A DNA stretch of 63,857 nucleotides, counting the filler, from Folioceros fuciformis (Eukaryota): the NCBI GenBank assembly GCA_049999805.1. It is 9 parts of 9 records of this genome, joined end to end, with 100 filler letters (N's around TTAATTAATTAA, not from the genome) between each part and the next. Parts side by side here need not be neighbours in the genome. Positions count along the whole stretch, not along the records: positions 8,002 to 27,106 come from JBNGIO010005339.1; positions 27,207 to 30,796 come from JBNGIO010005340.1; positions 30,897 to 35,818 come from JBNGIO010005341.1; positions 35,919 to 42,375 come from JBNGIO010005342.1; 5 more parts are not named here. One strand, written 5' to 3'. Below, piece by piece: positions 25,401 to 36,125 of this stretch. The first letter of the stretch is position 1. The number at the start of each line of letters is the position of its first letter. The translations under genes and the position numbers were made by a program. Below the pieces are notes generated by a model, which saw nothing but the letters and a program-made list of their open reading frames with translations, searched no databases and was not told the DNA's origin.

Positions 25401-25724
25401 TGGCATACTCTTCTGGGTGCGTGTCAAAAGTGCAGCAACGTGGAGGTTGGACTCCATGCTTTTGCTGAGGCAATTAAGCTAGACAAGAGAGATGCTGCAG
25501 CATATGTGTTGATGTCAAACATATACACTGGTGCCCAGATGTGGGAGCAAGCACAGGAGATGCAGGAGAGGAGAGCAGAAATTGGGGCATGGAAGGAGCC
25601 AGGCCAGAGCTGGTGGATAGACATGGATGGGATCTTGCATAGTTTTTTGGTTGCCAACAAGGAACATCCAGAACGTAGTCATGTTTTGACGTCCTTCACC
25701 AGTATGTCCACAGTTCATGGATAG
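22422..25724 (+). CDS. PLS-class PPR protein (about 26 PPR motifs, E1, E2, truncated WW-type DYW N-terminus); probable organellar RNA-editing specificity factor
   Basis: Intronless ORF: L-S + 7x(P-L-S) + P2-L2-S2 + E1 (PNAAVWHTLLGAC) + E2 (AAAYVLMSNIY) + KEPGQSWWID. No HxE/CxxC. First in-frame ATG is 22422; the true start is uncertain. Confidence 0.93.
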   Translation: MAWPFQDHQSCHVRWPLITFNRLAIGASTTLFACCCSAAMPQRAGLDMHMGLRVADARKSAVYEMCLSFGAVKKLCDQGQLIEAVEALGVLVRRDSAVSQSLFYSVLKKCVVYKDLGLGRRVHALAVKAGYETDTFLCNHIVRMYASHARLQEAMDVFTRVAQPDAFMWSSIITAHVNRGQAKQGVELYHWMRESGVKPDGHVFVAALQACARGADLETGQQLHADVLASDVERDAFICNSLLDMYAKCGSLDDARRLFDGLAQKTVVMWTTLIAGYAQQGMGCEALRLYEAMQEEGMPASPVTFVCLLQACAGVGTPAMEQGKQLHAQIIERGFEGDVFVANGLIDMYAKCGSLEDAQGVFDGLGERNVVTWNAMIGGYSQQGMGQVALDLYRSMQEEGKIAPDAVTFMCLLQACAGVGTPALETGKQFHTQIRELGLQAHVFVANSLVDMYAKCGSVEVARDVFNGLSEKTVVTWNAMMGGYVQQGMGQKALDLYSLMQEEGMIAPNPVTFVCLLQSCANVGAPALETGKQLHARIGEQTLQSDVFVANSLVDMYAKCGGIEDARGVFDRLGHTNVVMWTTLISGYSQRGMGEEALHLYRAMQEEGLVAPNSVTFACLLQACASEGSLSFEKGKQLHAEITEQGLLADVFVANSLINMYTKCGSLDDAHGVFDRLDQKNVVTWNVMIGGYSHQGMGQEALRLYRAMQEEGICAPDYVTFACILQACSSVGSQALEKGKQLHAQIRERGLQADVVVGGSLVNMYAKCGSLKDAEIVFDGLAEKNVVTWTSLIAGYSQQGMGHEALRLYRAMGAEGMVPPDSVTFVCLLHACASVAALHVGRQLHAQIKVKGLQDDVTVGNSLINMYAKSGSMVDAQEVFDALPERDIMTWSSLVAGYTSKGDSEQVFDLVLKMEEDGIQPDGVTFLSVLTVCSHTGLVNEGQYHFEAMNKQYGINPTVEHYTCIVDLLGRAGRLAESLALVQAMPVPPNAAVWHTLLGACQKCSNVEVGLHAFAEAIKLDKRDAAAYVLMSNIYTGAQMWEQAQEMQERRAEIGAWKEPGQSWWIDMDGILHSFLVANKEHPERSHVLTSFTSMSTVHG

Positions 25725-25947
25725 TGGCAGCAACCTGTATGTGTCAACTGCATCTTTTAGCAAACTGGAACGAGTTGATGTATTCAGGTTCCTTTTGGGT
25801 GCCTCCACAGTTTCTCTCGACGGCTGAAGAATAAGGGGAGTACTGGAATCTCACCGCGTTCAGTACAACAGTGACTTGGAATTTGAGAAGATTATCCACG
25901 GAAACAGGAAGTCGCATTTGGGGTGGTTGAAATGGAAGATACCTTTC

Positions 25948-27106
25948 TCACGACAGTAAACTATTGCAAGTTCGCTTTGTCTGGGAATTCGCTACCCCCA
26001 GGTTTAAAGTTCCTTCCGGAAGAGCCCCTTGACAGTCACCTTCTCGCTGTGACCATACAAACCCTTCAATTTTGGCGCAAAGCTGTGCCAGCCATACATG
26101 AATACTTGCACTCTCCGGATGTCTCGTGTCTCCAACCCAAAAGCTGTGCACCAGTCCGTCTACGTCTGCCCACCAGCTCTGACCTGGTTGCTTCCATGCG
26201 CCCGTTTCTGTTCTCCTGGTCTGCATCTCCTCTGCTTGCTCCCACATCTGCGCGCCAGTGTATATGTTCGCCATCAACACGTACGCCGCAGCATCTTTTT
26301 CATCTATCTTTAATGCCTCGCCAAATGCATATTGTCCCACCTCTACGTTGCCACACTTTTGACAAGCGCCCAACAGAGCATGCCACACCGCAGCATTGGG
26401 TGGTACAGGCATCGTCCTTACCAAGGCCAGTGACTCGTCCAGGCGGCCTGCCCGACCGACTAGATCCACCATGCATGCGTAGTGCTCCATTGTCGGGGTG
26501 ATGCAATAGTCTACAGTCATTGCATCAAATAACCTTCGTCCCTTGTCTACCAGACCTGTATGACTACATACCGTTAGTACACTAAGGAAAGTGATGCTGT
26601 CTGGCTGTATATCATCTTCTTTCATTCTGCGAAGCAAGCCAAAGACCTGCTCGCTATCTCCTTGGCGGGTGTATCCAGCAATGAGGGCACTCCAGGTGAC
26701 AACAGTTCTTTCGGGCATCGCATCAAATACCTGCTGGGCGTCTACCATGCTCCCCGATTTTGCATACATGTTGATCAAACTGTTTCCTACCGTGATATCA
26801 GTTTGCAGCCCCTGATCTTCAACCTGTGCATGAAGTTGCCTTCCCACATTCAACGCTGCCACGCTTGCACATGCCTGCAGGAGGCACACAAATGTACCAG
26901 AATCAGGTGCAACAATGCTTTCGTCTTGCATCACCCTGTGAAGCTGCAGGGCCTCTTGTCCCATGCCCTGCTGAGAATATCCTCCTATCATGGCATTCCA
27001 CGTCACGACATTTTTCACAGCCAGGGTGTCAAACACACGTTTGGCGTCCTCGAGGCTGCCACACTTGGCATACATGTCTACCAAGCTGTTTGCTACAAAC
27101 AAATCC
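25948..27106 (-). CDS. Second PLS-class PPR-E protein with WW-type PG box, 5' truncated by gap
   Basis: S-P-L-S-P2-L2-S2-E1-E2 followed by KQPGQSWWADVDG; no deaminase motif. Confidence 0.92.
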
Positions 27107-27206
27107 NNNNNNNNNNNNNNNNNNNNNNNNNNNNNNNNNNNNNNNNNNNNTTAATTAATTAANNNNNNNNNNNNNNNNNNNNNNNNNNNNNNNNNNNNNN
27201 NNNNNN

Positions 27207-28740
27207 CGCTTCCTCTTTCTCCGGTTCTTTCGTCTTCTTTCTCAGCAATGCCCCTCCTGGGCTCCTATGAACGTTGAGGAATGGTGAGGTACCGGAGCTA
27301 AGGGAAGAGGAATCCCTTCCACTCCGAACTCACGGATTCGGCTCCGTCACCCACACCAACCACGTGACCACTTCAAGGATAGCTGGGGAGCTTCTCTCCC
27401 ACTCGGCGAGGCGCCTCCTCCCGATTCGTCCCCGGACCTGATCACGGAGCGCCCACCACCTACACCCGCACCCCAGGTTGCTACGTGCGCTCCCTTGCCT
27501 GGACCTCCCGTCCAGCAACGGCCATCGCTAGGTCCCTGCAGGGTCGACAGTCTGGCTGGTTCTTGCTCCTTTCTTAGGCCTTCAAGCTGGCCTCTTGTAC
27601 ACGGTGATGGCGGTTTTTCCACCATAAAGCCTGTTAGGCAGGGGAGGTGCGCTCTTAAATTCTGAGCGACTTGGGTCCAAATAAAGCACACTAAAAAAAC
27701 CTAATCTAGCCTGCATTTACTATCGCCCTGTCCCACGCCGCTGGCGGCTTCCTCCTGGCCTTTGCACGTCACCCCTCGCTGCTCCTCCTCTCGCTTTTCT
27801 GCCTCTCCGTTGGTCCGGCAGATCCTCCCAGAGGATCTCCACATCACTGCTGCTACTGCTGGGCCTGGCTGGCAGCGTAGGTGGGTCCCGCCGCTGTGGT
27901 CCACCACCCCTCCTCCTTCTTTGGTTGCTGAGGACAGCCACATGCCCCCGTTCTACCCAGCGCTGGGCCTCCTCTTCCATCAGTTCCTCCAGAACTGCCT
28001 CCGCATAGCAGTGGGGCAGCCCTGTCACCCACCATCTGTAGTGGGAGAGTCCCAGGCGCGTCCTCAGTTGTAGGACGTAGCCCCACGTCCCTCCTGTGCC
28101 CATACGTACATACAGAAACAGCTTCAGAACTCTGGCCCCTTCTACATACAGGCCTGGCACATAGGAGGCCTCCTCCTCATATTGCAGCACAATCCGACCT
28201 TCTGTCATAACAGAGGTGCTTACCCCGTCCTCCCTTGGGCTACCTCGGGTTGCCTGCTCCCCCTCCTCTCACACCCTGCGCCGTCTCTCCCGTCGTCCTG
28301 GCACTTTCTCCTCTTTCAGTTGCTTCACGCTTCAAGTTACTCCCGCTCCCCGTACTTTCGGATGTTGGACAGAGCTCCCCTTTCTCTAGGGTTTTTATAC
28401 CCTGCCTACTTTCTCCCCTTACGCGCGTCGGGCTACCTCCAGTCGTCCCTCTGGTAACGGTTGCCCTGCCGGCTACCGTTGCCCCGTCACCTCGGGCCCT
28501 TACTTTTGCCTACCTTAATGTTCTCAATGACCTGAGGGCCAAGGAGGCACTCGCTGCTTCCCCCTCCTTGTCCCGATCTCCCGTACTCCCCAAACCCCGA
28601 AGCCCAAGGTGGACTTTGGGTGTAAACACCCCGGTCTTACTCGCTTACTAAGCCGATTCGCCTGTCCCTTCACAAAAGAATCACAACCTGCTCATTCCGT
28701 CGCTCAAAATGGGGGTTCCGAAAGTGTTTTTTCGTTCACA
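27207..28740 (-). repeat. Long 3' LTR of Gypsy element (family B)
   Basis: Begins TGTGAACG on the minus strand right after the PPT AAGGGGAGTA (28741-28750). Its first ~500 bp match 55307-56356 and 57414-58454. Confidence 0.8.
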
Positions 28741-28976
28741 TACTCCCCTTCTCATTTGTTGGCGCCCTCGCCAACCTACACATAATACCTCTTCACCCGC
28801 CACCCATTCACCCTGGTTGGCAGCAGCTGTCCGTCCATCTGTTGCAGCTGAATGGAGCCATTGTCAAAAACCTCAGCGACCCGGTATGGTCCCATCCACC
28901 TCAGATGCAATTTCCCTAGAAAGTGCATATACCTACTGTCATACAACAGAGCCAGATCACCAGGTACTGCCTATTC

Positions 28977-30796
28977 CTATTGCTTCATCCTGCGGTCATG
29001 CCATTCCTTCCTCCTAGTCTGCATCTCCTGCATTGTTTCCAAAGCTTTTTCCATGTCTTCAGTGTGTTTAATGAAACTAACGAGGCGCTCCAACTGACTC
29101 TCCTCCACTGTCATCCGATTCATGTTTTGAACACGTGGGGTTAACACTTCAAACTCCACAGGCATCACCGGGTGATGGCCATAAGTAAGATAGTAAGGAG
29201 TTTTCTGGGTGGTGACCCTCTTTGCAATTTGGTACGCCCACAGCGCCAAATGGATCTTGAGATCCCAATCATAAGAATACTCCACTGTCATCTTGTTCAG
29301 TATTCGACACAAAAGACCATTCGCTTTCTCTGTCAGCCCATTCACCTTCGGATTGTAGGGGGTAGTTCGCCTGTGCTGCACATTGAAATGGTCCGCCAGA
29401 TGGGTGATTACCTCATTGACAAAGTGGGTACCCCGGTCACTTACCAACTCCAGCGGACAGCCATACCGAGCAATTGCTTACTCGAACAGAAATTTCGCGA
29501 CCACATGCGCAGTGTCCACTTGCAGGGGCTGCGCCTCCACCATCCTTGTGCAGTAATCCGTCGCAACTAGAATGTATTTATTCTGCCGGACTCGAGTCTT
29601 TGGCTGGATCGGTCCCACAAAATCGATTCCCCACTTCCCGAAGGGTGCCAAAGTCAGAATCGGCACCAACGGCCATTGCGTCGACGGGGTAGGCTTCCCC
29701 ACCCACTGGCAGGCATCACATTTTTTCACGTACTGTGCTGTATCTTTGTACATCGTGGGCCACCAGTATCCCGCCTCCAGGATCTTCCTGCAAGTAATAT
29801 GTGCTGCGAAATGGCCACCTGCCTCCCCGTCGTGCAGGCCCCTCAGCACTTGCTCAATCCTCTCTCCTGTTATCCATAGACGTTGACATCCATCTGGTCC
29901 CGTTCGATACAGCTCCCCTCTGCTGCGGGTGAAAGATCGAGTGTAGTGCACCCAAGCTTGCCCCCGCTGCCCTCGATACATCAGTAGGAATGACCCCCGA
30001 CTCCATGAATTCCGCTACTTCCAAATAGGTGGGCCGAATAATCTTGATCCTCCCCTTCTCGTTTCCCGCTACTCCACCATTCTGCTGGCGCTTACGATTG
30101 GGCACAGCCGCTTCACCCTCGATTTCTGTTGTGAACAGAGTTTCATCTGGAAACTCATCCTCTTGATCCCGGCTTACCTCCTCCGACTGTAGTCGCGAGA
30201 GGTAGTCGGCGTTGACGTGCTTGCGCCCCTCGCGGGTCTCCACTGTAAAGGTGAGCTCCTGCAACAGCAAAACCCACCTGGCTATCCTTCCTGACAGATC
30301 TACCTTGTTCACCCAATGCTTTAGCGCGAAATGATCCACATGGAACACGAATTCGTAGGATAGCAGATAATGCCAAAATTTCCAGACTGAATACACCATT
30401 CCCAGGGCTTCCCGTTCCGTGGTCGAGTATTTCCGTTCTGCCACTGTCAGTTGTCGCCCCGCATAATAAATCAGGTGGTCCCTCTTCTTCTCATCTCTTT
30501 GGCTGAGCACGACTCCGATGGCAAAGGCTGAGACATCGACATATACGTGGAATTTCTTGCTCCAATCGGGTCCTTTGAGCGTTGGGGCAGTTACAAGCGT
30601 CCTGAAACGCATCCTCCCGTGCTGACGTCCACACCCATTCCTCATTCTTCCTCAACAAATTGGTCAACGGCGCTGCTCTTTTAGCGAAGTTCTTGATGAA
30701 CCTCCTGTAGTATCCGACCATCCCAAGAAATCCCCTCAGCTCCTTTAGTGTGGTCGGTGGTCGGAGTGCTTTAATGATCTTTACTTTGTCAGGATC
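28977..30796 (-). mobile_element. Gypsy (Athila/Tat-like) pol: RT end, RNase H, integrase; degenerate
   Basis: GYYRRFIKNF, YSTTEREAL, GRIARWVLLLQE, GHF...GYWWPT...CDAC, WGIDFVGP, SDRGTHF and YNPKVNG, in RT-RH-INT order. Confidence 0.93.
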
Positions 30797-31118
30797 NNNN
30801 NNNNNNNNNNNNNNNNNNNNNNNNNNNNNNNNNNNNNNNNTTAATTAATTAANNNNNNNNNNNNNNNNNNNNNNNNNNNNNNNNNNNNNNNNNNNNAGGC
30901 TATGCATTTGCTCCCCCCTCCTCCACAAACAATTCCCGCAATAGATTTATCGCTCACCATGTCCACATTGTGCAGTCATCCTCCACCCACATCCACAACA
31001 TGTCCTGGAGGCATACGCCCCTATGCCTGTAGTATTGGCACACTACAGTCACCATCCGATGTAGCGAGTATGCATCCGGCAAATAGTCCACACACTCCAG
31101 GCCCGCACGATAGGCCGA

Positions 31119-31966
31119 GTGGTTAGCAGGTTTATGTCAAACCCTGGCAAGAAGCATTGGGAGGCAGTAAAAGGAGTTATGAAGTATTTAAATAGTACAA
31201 AAGCTTTGTGCATATGTTTTGGAAGTGAAGATGCATCTGTCGTTGGATATACGGATGCTAATTATGCAGGGGATATGGACAAAAGGAGGTACACATCAGG
31301 TTATGTCTTCATGTGCACTGGAGGGGCAGTCTCATGGCGATTTCATTTGCAATCATGCATAACGCTATCTACCGCAGAGGCCGAGTATGTTGCAGCAAAT
31401 GAGGCTTGCAAGGAAGCCAACTTGGGGATCAAGGTTGAGCTACTAGTGTTGCCAGAGTGCTATCCAATTGGCAATGAATCCAGTGTTTCATGCGAAGACC
31501 AAACATGTGGAAGTGAAGTATCACTTCGTTTGAGAGGTGTTGGAAGACAAGAAGGTATAGCTTGTCAAAGTTCACACCAGTCAGAACCTTGCCAATATTC
31601 TTACCAAGGGGCTCTCTACGGAGCAATTCGCACAAGCTCGGACACTCATGAGCATGAGGTAGACCACTCTCCTATGAAGGTAAATTGGCCTTTAAGTGGG
31701 AGGTTGTAGGGTTATTAAAGCCCAATGTGCTTAGACTAATGTGTTTAGTCTAAGATTAGTATCTAGTTAAGTATCATTTGTTTAGATTAGCTTAAGCTAA
31801 TCTTTAGGAAGCTTCTTTCGCAGCTTCCTGTGAGCTTCTTGTGAAGCTTCCTTGGGAGCTCTTCCAGAGGGTATAAATACCCTCTTGAGCTCCCTTGCAA
31901 TAGAGTGTGAGAGACCTTGCTTTCTCCTCTCCTCCTTCATCATGCTGCTCCCCTAGCGATCCTTTA
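31119..31966 (+). mobile_element. 3' fragment of Tork-like Copia (RNase H, PPT, LTR family A at 31705-31966)
   Basis: Closely similar to 17770-18660. Confidence 0.9.
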
Positions 31967-32459
31967 AGGAGGCGACCCCAACCCCACCTACCTATAGGAT
32001 GAGCTGCGACAGGAGACCCGATGAGGGAGATGAGCACAAGATGTGGGAGCGAGAATGCAGGCAAGAAGGGAGGTTTAGGGGGTAGGAAGGACAACCCCAA
32101 CAAAGTGAGGAATGTGTTCCATAGCTTGAGATCCATGGTGGATGTGGTGCAGAAAACGACATAGGCCTTGGTTGTAGGGATGGAAAACTTGAAGGTGGGT
32201 ATGGATACGCTGAAGGCAAGTATGGACGAGGCAAATCCAGAATTAGAATGAGCATACACGACAGAGATATAGATTGACAACATAGGCATCTAGTGGTTGT
32301 AGGGGATGTAGGCAACTAGTTGGTGTAGGGAATGCAAGCAAAGTAGTAGTGGTTGCAGGGGATGTAGGCGGACTGGTGGCTAGGGGTAGTTGTAGATTGA
32401 GTGGTAGGCAGACAACCCTAAGAAGCGAACCCATTTTTTGGTTAGAGGGTTTGCATGTA

Positions 32460-32632
32460 GCGGCTTAGCAATAGGTAGGGTGGCACATTGTGTGAAATGT
32501 TCAGCAACCAATTGTGTGCCTTAGCAATAGGTAGCGTGGCACATTATGTAGAATGCTTAACAACCAATTGTGCGGCTTATCAATAGGTAGGGTGGCACAC
32601 TGTGTGGAATGTTCATCAACCAATTGTGTGGC
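32460..32632. repeat. About 57-bp tandem repeat x3
   Basis: TTAGCAATAGGTAGGGTGGCACATTGTGTG...CAACCAATTGTG repeated. Confidence 0.75.
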
Positions 32633-33922
32633 TGATGGTTACTTGTAGGTATGGTCTGTGTTCTCTTAATGTTTTCATGGATTGCAATAACACATCGCAG
32701 TTGCAAAGTCGAAATGATGATTGTCTGCCTTGAGTGGTCACTTTAAACCCTGTACACTCAGCTAAAACACTTCATTAAACCTTGTACATTGAGTGGCAAG
32801 GAGGCTTGCGAACCCTTGTACACTAAGCAGCTAGAGGCCTATAAACCCTAAAATGGGGAATATGCTGTAAAGATCTAGTTGGGTGCCGGTGGTGGAAAAT
32901 CCTAGAAAGAGAATATTATGTAAAGATCTAACCCTAGCGAAGATAAACATATATGATAATTTTGTAGAGTCTGAACTGAAAACCAAGAGGTTTACTCTTG
33001 TTTCCTGAAATATATATGTGTTGTGGTGTTTTTTCCATGTCCCCTTTGCTGCCGATATCGGTTTGTTAGGTTTGCCGAAAGGGACAAGAAAAAAATGGGC
33101 GTGAGAACAAAATATTGGTGAAGATACCGAAGGAAAAACCATTCAAAAACGTATAGAGAGAGAGTGTCCCTTTGGCATGGCATAATGGAGCATACACATC
33201 AGCAACGTGTATACTGTACATCTTTTGAAGTAACGAGGTTCACTTTGTGTAGGTTCACCCAAACCGTGTCGGCAGTCTACTCCCAACGACCTCGACAACC
33301 CCTCAGTCAAACGGTCAACTCGTTTTGTTCTTGCGGGCGGCAGCGAAGGAGCCGCGAGCACAGTGACGTGCCTGGATGAGGCAGCAGCACGTGCCGGCAG
33401 AGGCTCAAGTATTAGTACACACCTACATACTGTATAGTACTTGTACATACAGTAGGCAGAGAGGCCACTACATATTTCGTTTGTTGTCGGATTCTGAAGA
33501 TGTGCACTGTGTTTGCGCACTCCCAATACGGTGTTGACGGGTCAGCCTGTCTTTGAAGCTCGTGACCCGCTCTCCCCTTTCCCGTCGCCTTCCTTACCGA
33601 AAAGGCTGCTGCTCGGAACCGGGGGCTTCCTGCCTGCTGCTCGTTGTCTCTCTGGGTTTGCTGCCCACTTCACGTTTTGAGTGTAGTTTGGTGGCACAAC
33701 CTTGTGCTCGCAGGCCGGCGTTCTCCTGCAGGCGGCTACGACGGAGCAATGGGTGCACTCCAGCTGAAAGAATTGTGGAGGTAGTACGATGGATGGATTT
33801 CAGCATGAACCAGCGAGAATTCAGTTGGCACAGTTTGTGGGACGCCTTGTGGGTGGAAGTGTTACTATGATCTCACAGGGTTAGCTGTAAGGATTGTACA
33901 GGAGGAGGGCACCTGTGATGAC

Positions 33923-35224
33923 ATGACGCTCGTTGTGGAATTGTTGCCCATCGGGGCACTCCTGGCTATGGTCACCACGACAATGCTGGAGACTGCCCTG
34001 GCAGCTCAGGATGTGTTGATTGAGAAGGAGAGTTTCGAATGCTTGGCTAGGTACCTGCAAGACGTGCAGCCTGTGCTGGCGGAGATGACTCGACGAAATA
34101 TTGAAGAGTCCAGTGCTACCAGGCTGGCCCTGGACTCCTTGAAGGAGGATATCGCGAAGGCAAACAAGCTCATCAATTACTGCAAGACCACGTCCCGGTT
34201 TTACCTGTTTTTCAAGTGCATGAAAATTGTGAAGCAGCTGCAGGCAGTGACTCGTGACATTGGGCGGTCCTTGGAGCTGCTGGGAGTTGCCATTGCAGAA
34301 GTGTCGGTAGACATCAGGGATAACGTGGTGAGACTCCAGAACGAGATGATGGCTGCTGAGTTTGAGACTTCGGATTCTCGGAAGCGAGTACTGGAAAAAC
34401 TGAATCGCGGTCTTCAGCAGCAGCTGAGGGACCAGAGGTTTGCCGATGACCTCCTCCGGGATATCGCAATGGCTGTCGGTGTGCCCGTGAATGACTCGAG
34501 CATTCAGCAAGAGCTTGCCAGCTTCAAGAGGGAGAAGGAGGAGGCTACGGAGAGGAAGGAGCAGGCGGAGGAGGCGTTCATGGAGNNNNNNNNNNNNNNN
34601 NNNNNNNNNNNNNNNNNNNNNNNNNNNNNNNNNNNNNNNNNNNNNNNNNNNNNNNNNNNNNNNNNNNNNNNNNNNNNNNNNNNNNTTATTGCTCTGCTTT
34701 CGTGGAGTGATGCGGCCAAGGGGCTGCAAGATGCCAGTATCACGTACCCGCCTAGGGACCAGAATCCTATACCAGTGTTTGACTCTTTCATTTGTCCGTT
34801 GAAGCACGACGTCATGGAGGATCCCGTGCTTGTTGCTACAGGCCAGACATATGAACGAGAGCAGATTGAGCGATGGTTCGCCGAAGGGCATACCAAGGAT
34901 CCCGTGACTGGTCAGGAGCTGCCGAACTTAGAGCTGAGGCCAAACCGTCCTCTTCGCCATTCAATCGAGGAATGGAAGGAGCGCAACTTCTGGCTGAGCA
35001 TCGACAAGGCAAAGCAGGCTCTGGAAGGAGGGGATACCTCGAAACAGGTGGCGGCTCTACATGATCTTCAGCAACTTTGTGAAGATGACAGTAGAAATAA
35101 GGTCAGGATCGCTAGTCGAGGAGTACTAGCTGACATCGTCAGACTGCAGGCACACAGCCGTGATGTCAAGACCGAGTGTTTGTCGGCAGTGTCGGCAATT
35201 GTGCGCGACCACGATAGCAACAAA
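33923..35224 (+). CDS. U-box/ARM-repeat E3 ubiquitin ligase (PUB43/44-like), first coding exon; spans a 100-N gap
   Basis: N-terminal helical domain (SRFYL..KC..IV..LQ..TRDIGRSL), U-box SFICPL..DVMEDPV....GQTYERE.IE.WF..GH..DPVT, first ARM repeat; GT donor at 35225. Confidence 0.88.
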
Positions 35225-35394
35225 GTGAGCGGCTCATCCCAGCAGTGATGACTACTGTACTGGTAGTCTCCACTCAATCTCGTATTTTAAGACTGTTGGG
35301 TACCATGCTGAGTTTGTGTATGGAGCTGCTGGGTGAGCTCGGTTTCCGGTGTGTTTGGTAGTCGTAGCTTACACCCTGCTTTCTCTGTGGGCAG

Positions 35395-35710
35395 GAAATC
35401 CTAGCAGAAAAGGGTGGAGTGGGAATGATCGTGCGGTGGCTCTCTCGGGATGATGCCTTGTCAAGAGGAGCGGTGAAGCTGCTGTTAGAGTTGCTGCAGT
35501 GTAAAGATGGAGTCAACCAGAATGTCGGAAGAAGGATTGCACAAGAAAAGGGTGCTATTCTCCTACTGGTAACTCTTGGGAACAACACTGACAGCGAAGC
35601 TGTCAATGCTGCCAGGAAAATCCTTGAGCAACTCTCCGATAGCAATGAGAATGTTGTACAGATGGCCCGAGCCAACTGGTACAAACCACTCGTTGACCGA
35701 CTGAGACAAG
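35395..35710 (+). CDS. U-box/ARM E3 ligase, next exon (gene continues beyond the gap)
   Basis: Pyrimidine tract with CAG acceptor at 35394, phase 0 consistent; GAILLLV...VVQMARANWYKPLVDRL.QG; GT donor at 35711. Confidence 0.82.
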
Positions 35711-35918
35711 GTTCACCTTTCAACTTGTCTTTTATGTTTACCTGACATTCCACGCTTAACACATCTCCCCGCGGGCTTCATGCAAGAAGCGATTCAGACT
35801 TACGGGCCTGTGTTTCTCNNNNNNNNNNNNNNNNNNNNNNNNNNNNNNNNNNNNNNNNNNNNTTAATTAATTAANNNNNNNNNNNNNNNNNNNNNNNNNN
35901 NNNNNNNNNNNNNNNNNN

Positions 35919-36125
35919 TACCATTAGTTTAGATTAGCTTAAGCTAATCTGTAGGAAGCTTCTTGTGCAGCTTCCTGTGCGCTTCTTGTGAAGCTTCCTA
36001 GGGAGCTCTTCTAGAGGGTATAAATACCTCCCTTGAGCTCCCTTGCATATTGAGACTTTGTGTCAGAGTGTGACCTCTCTTTCTCCTCTCCTCCTTCACC
36101 ATGTAGCTCCTAGAGCGATCCTTCA
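35919..36125 (+). repeat. Partial LTR, family A
   Basis: Matches the 3' two-thirds of 18390-18660 and ends GATCCTTCA. Confidence 0.88.

Noticed and set aside
25725-25947. Possible frameshifted DYW continuation after PPR gene 1
   Set aside because: No HSE, CxxC or DYW motif was seen in the downstream frames.
33881-34891. 336-aa minus-strand ORF
   Set aside because: Antisense shadow of the U-box gene; it also spans Ns.
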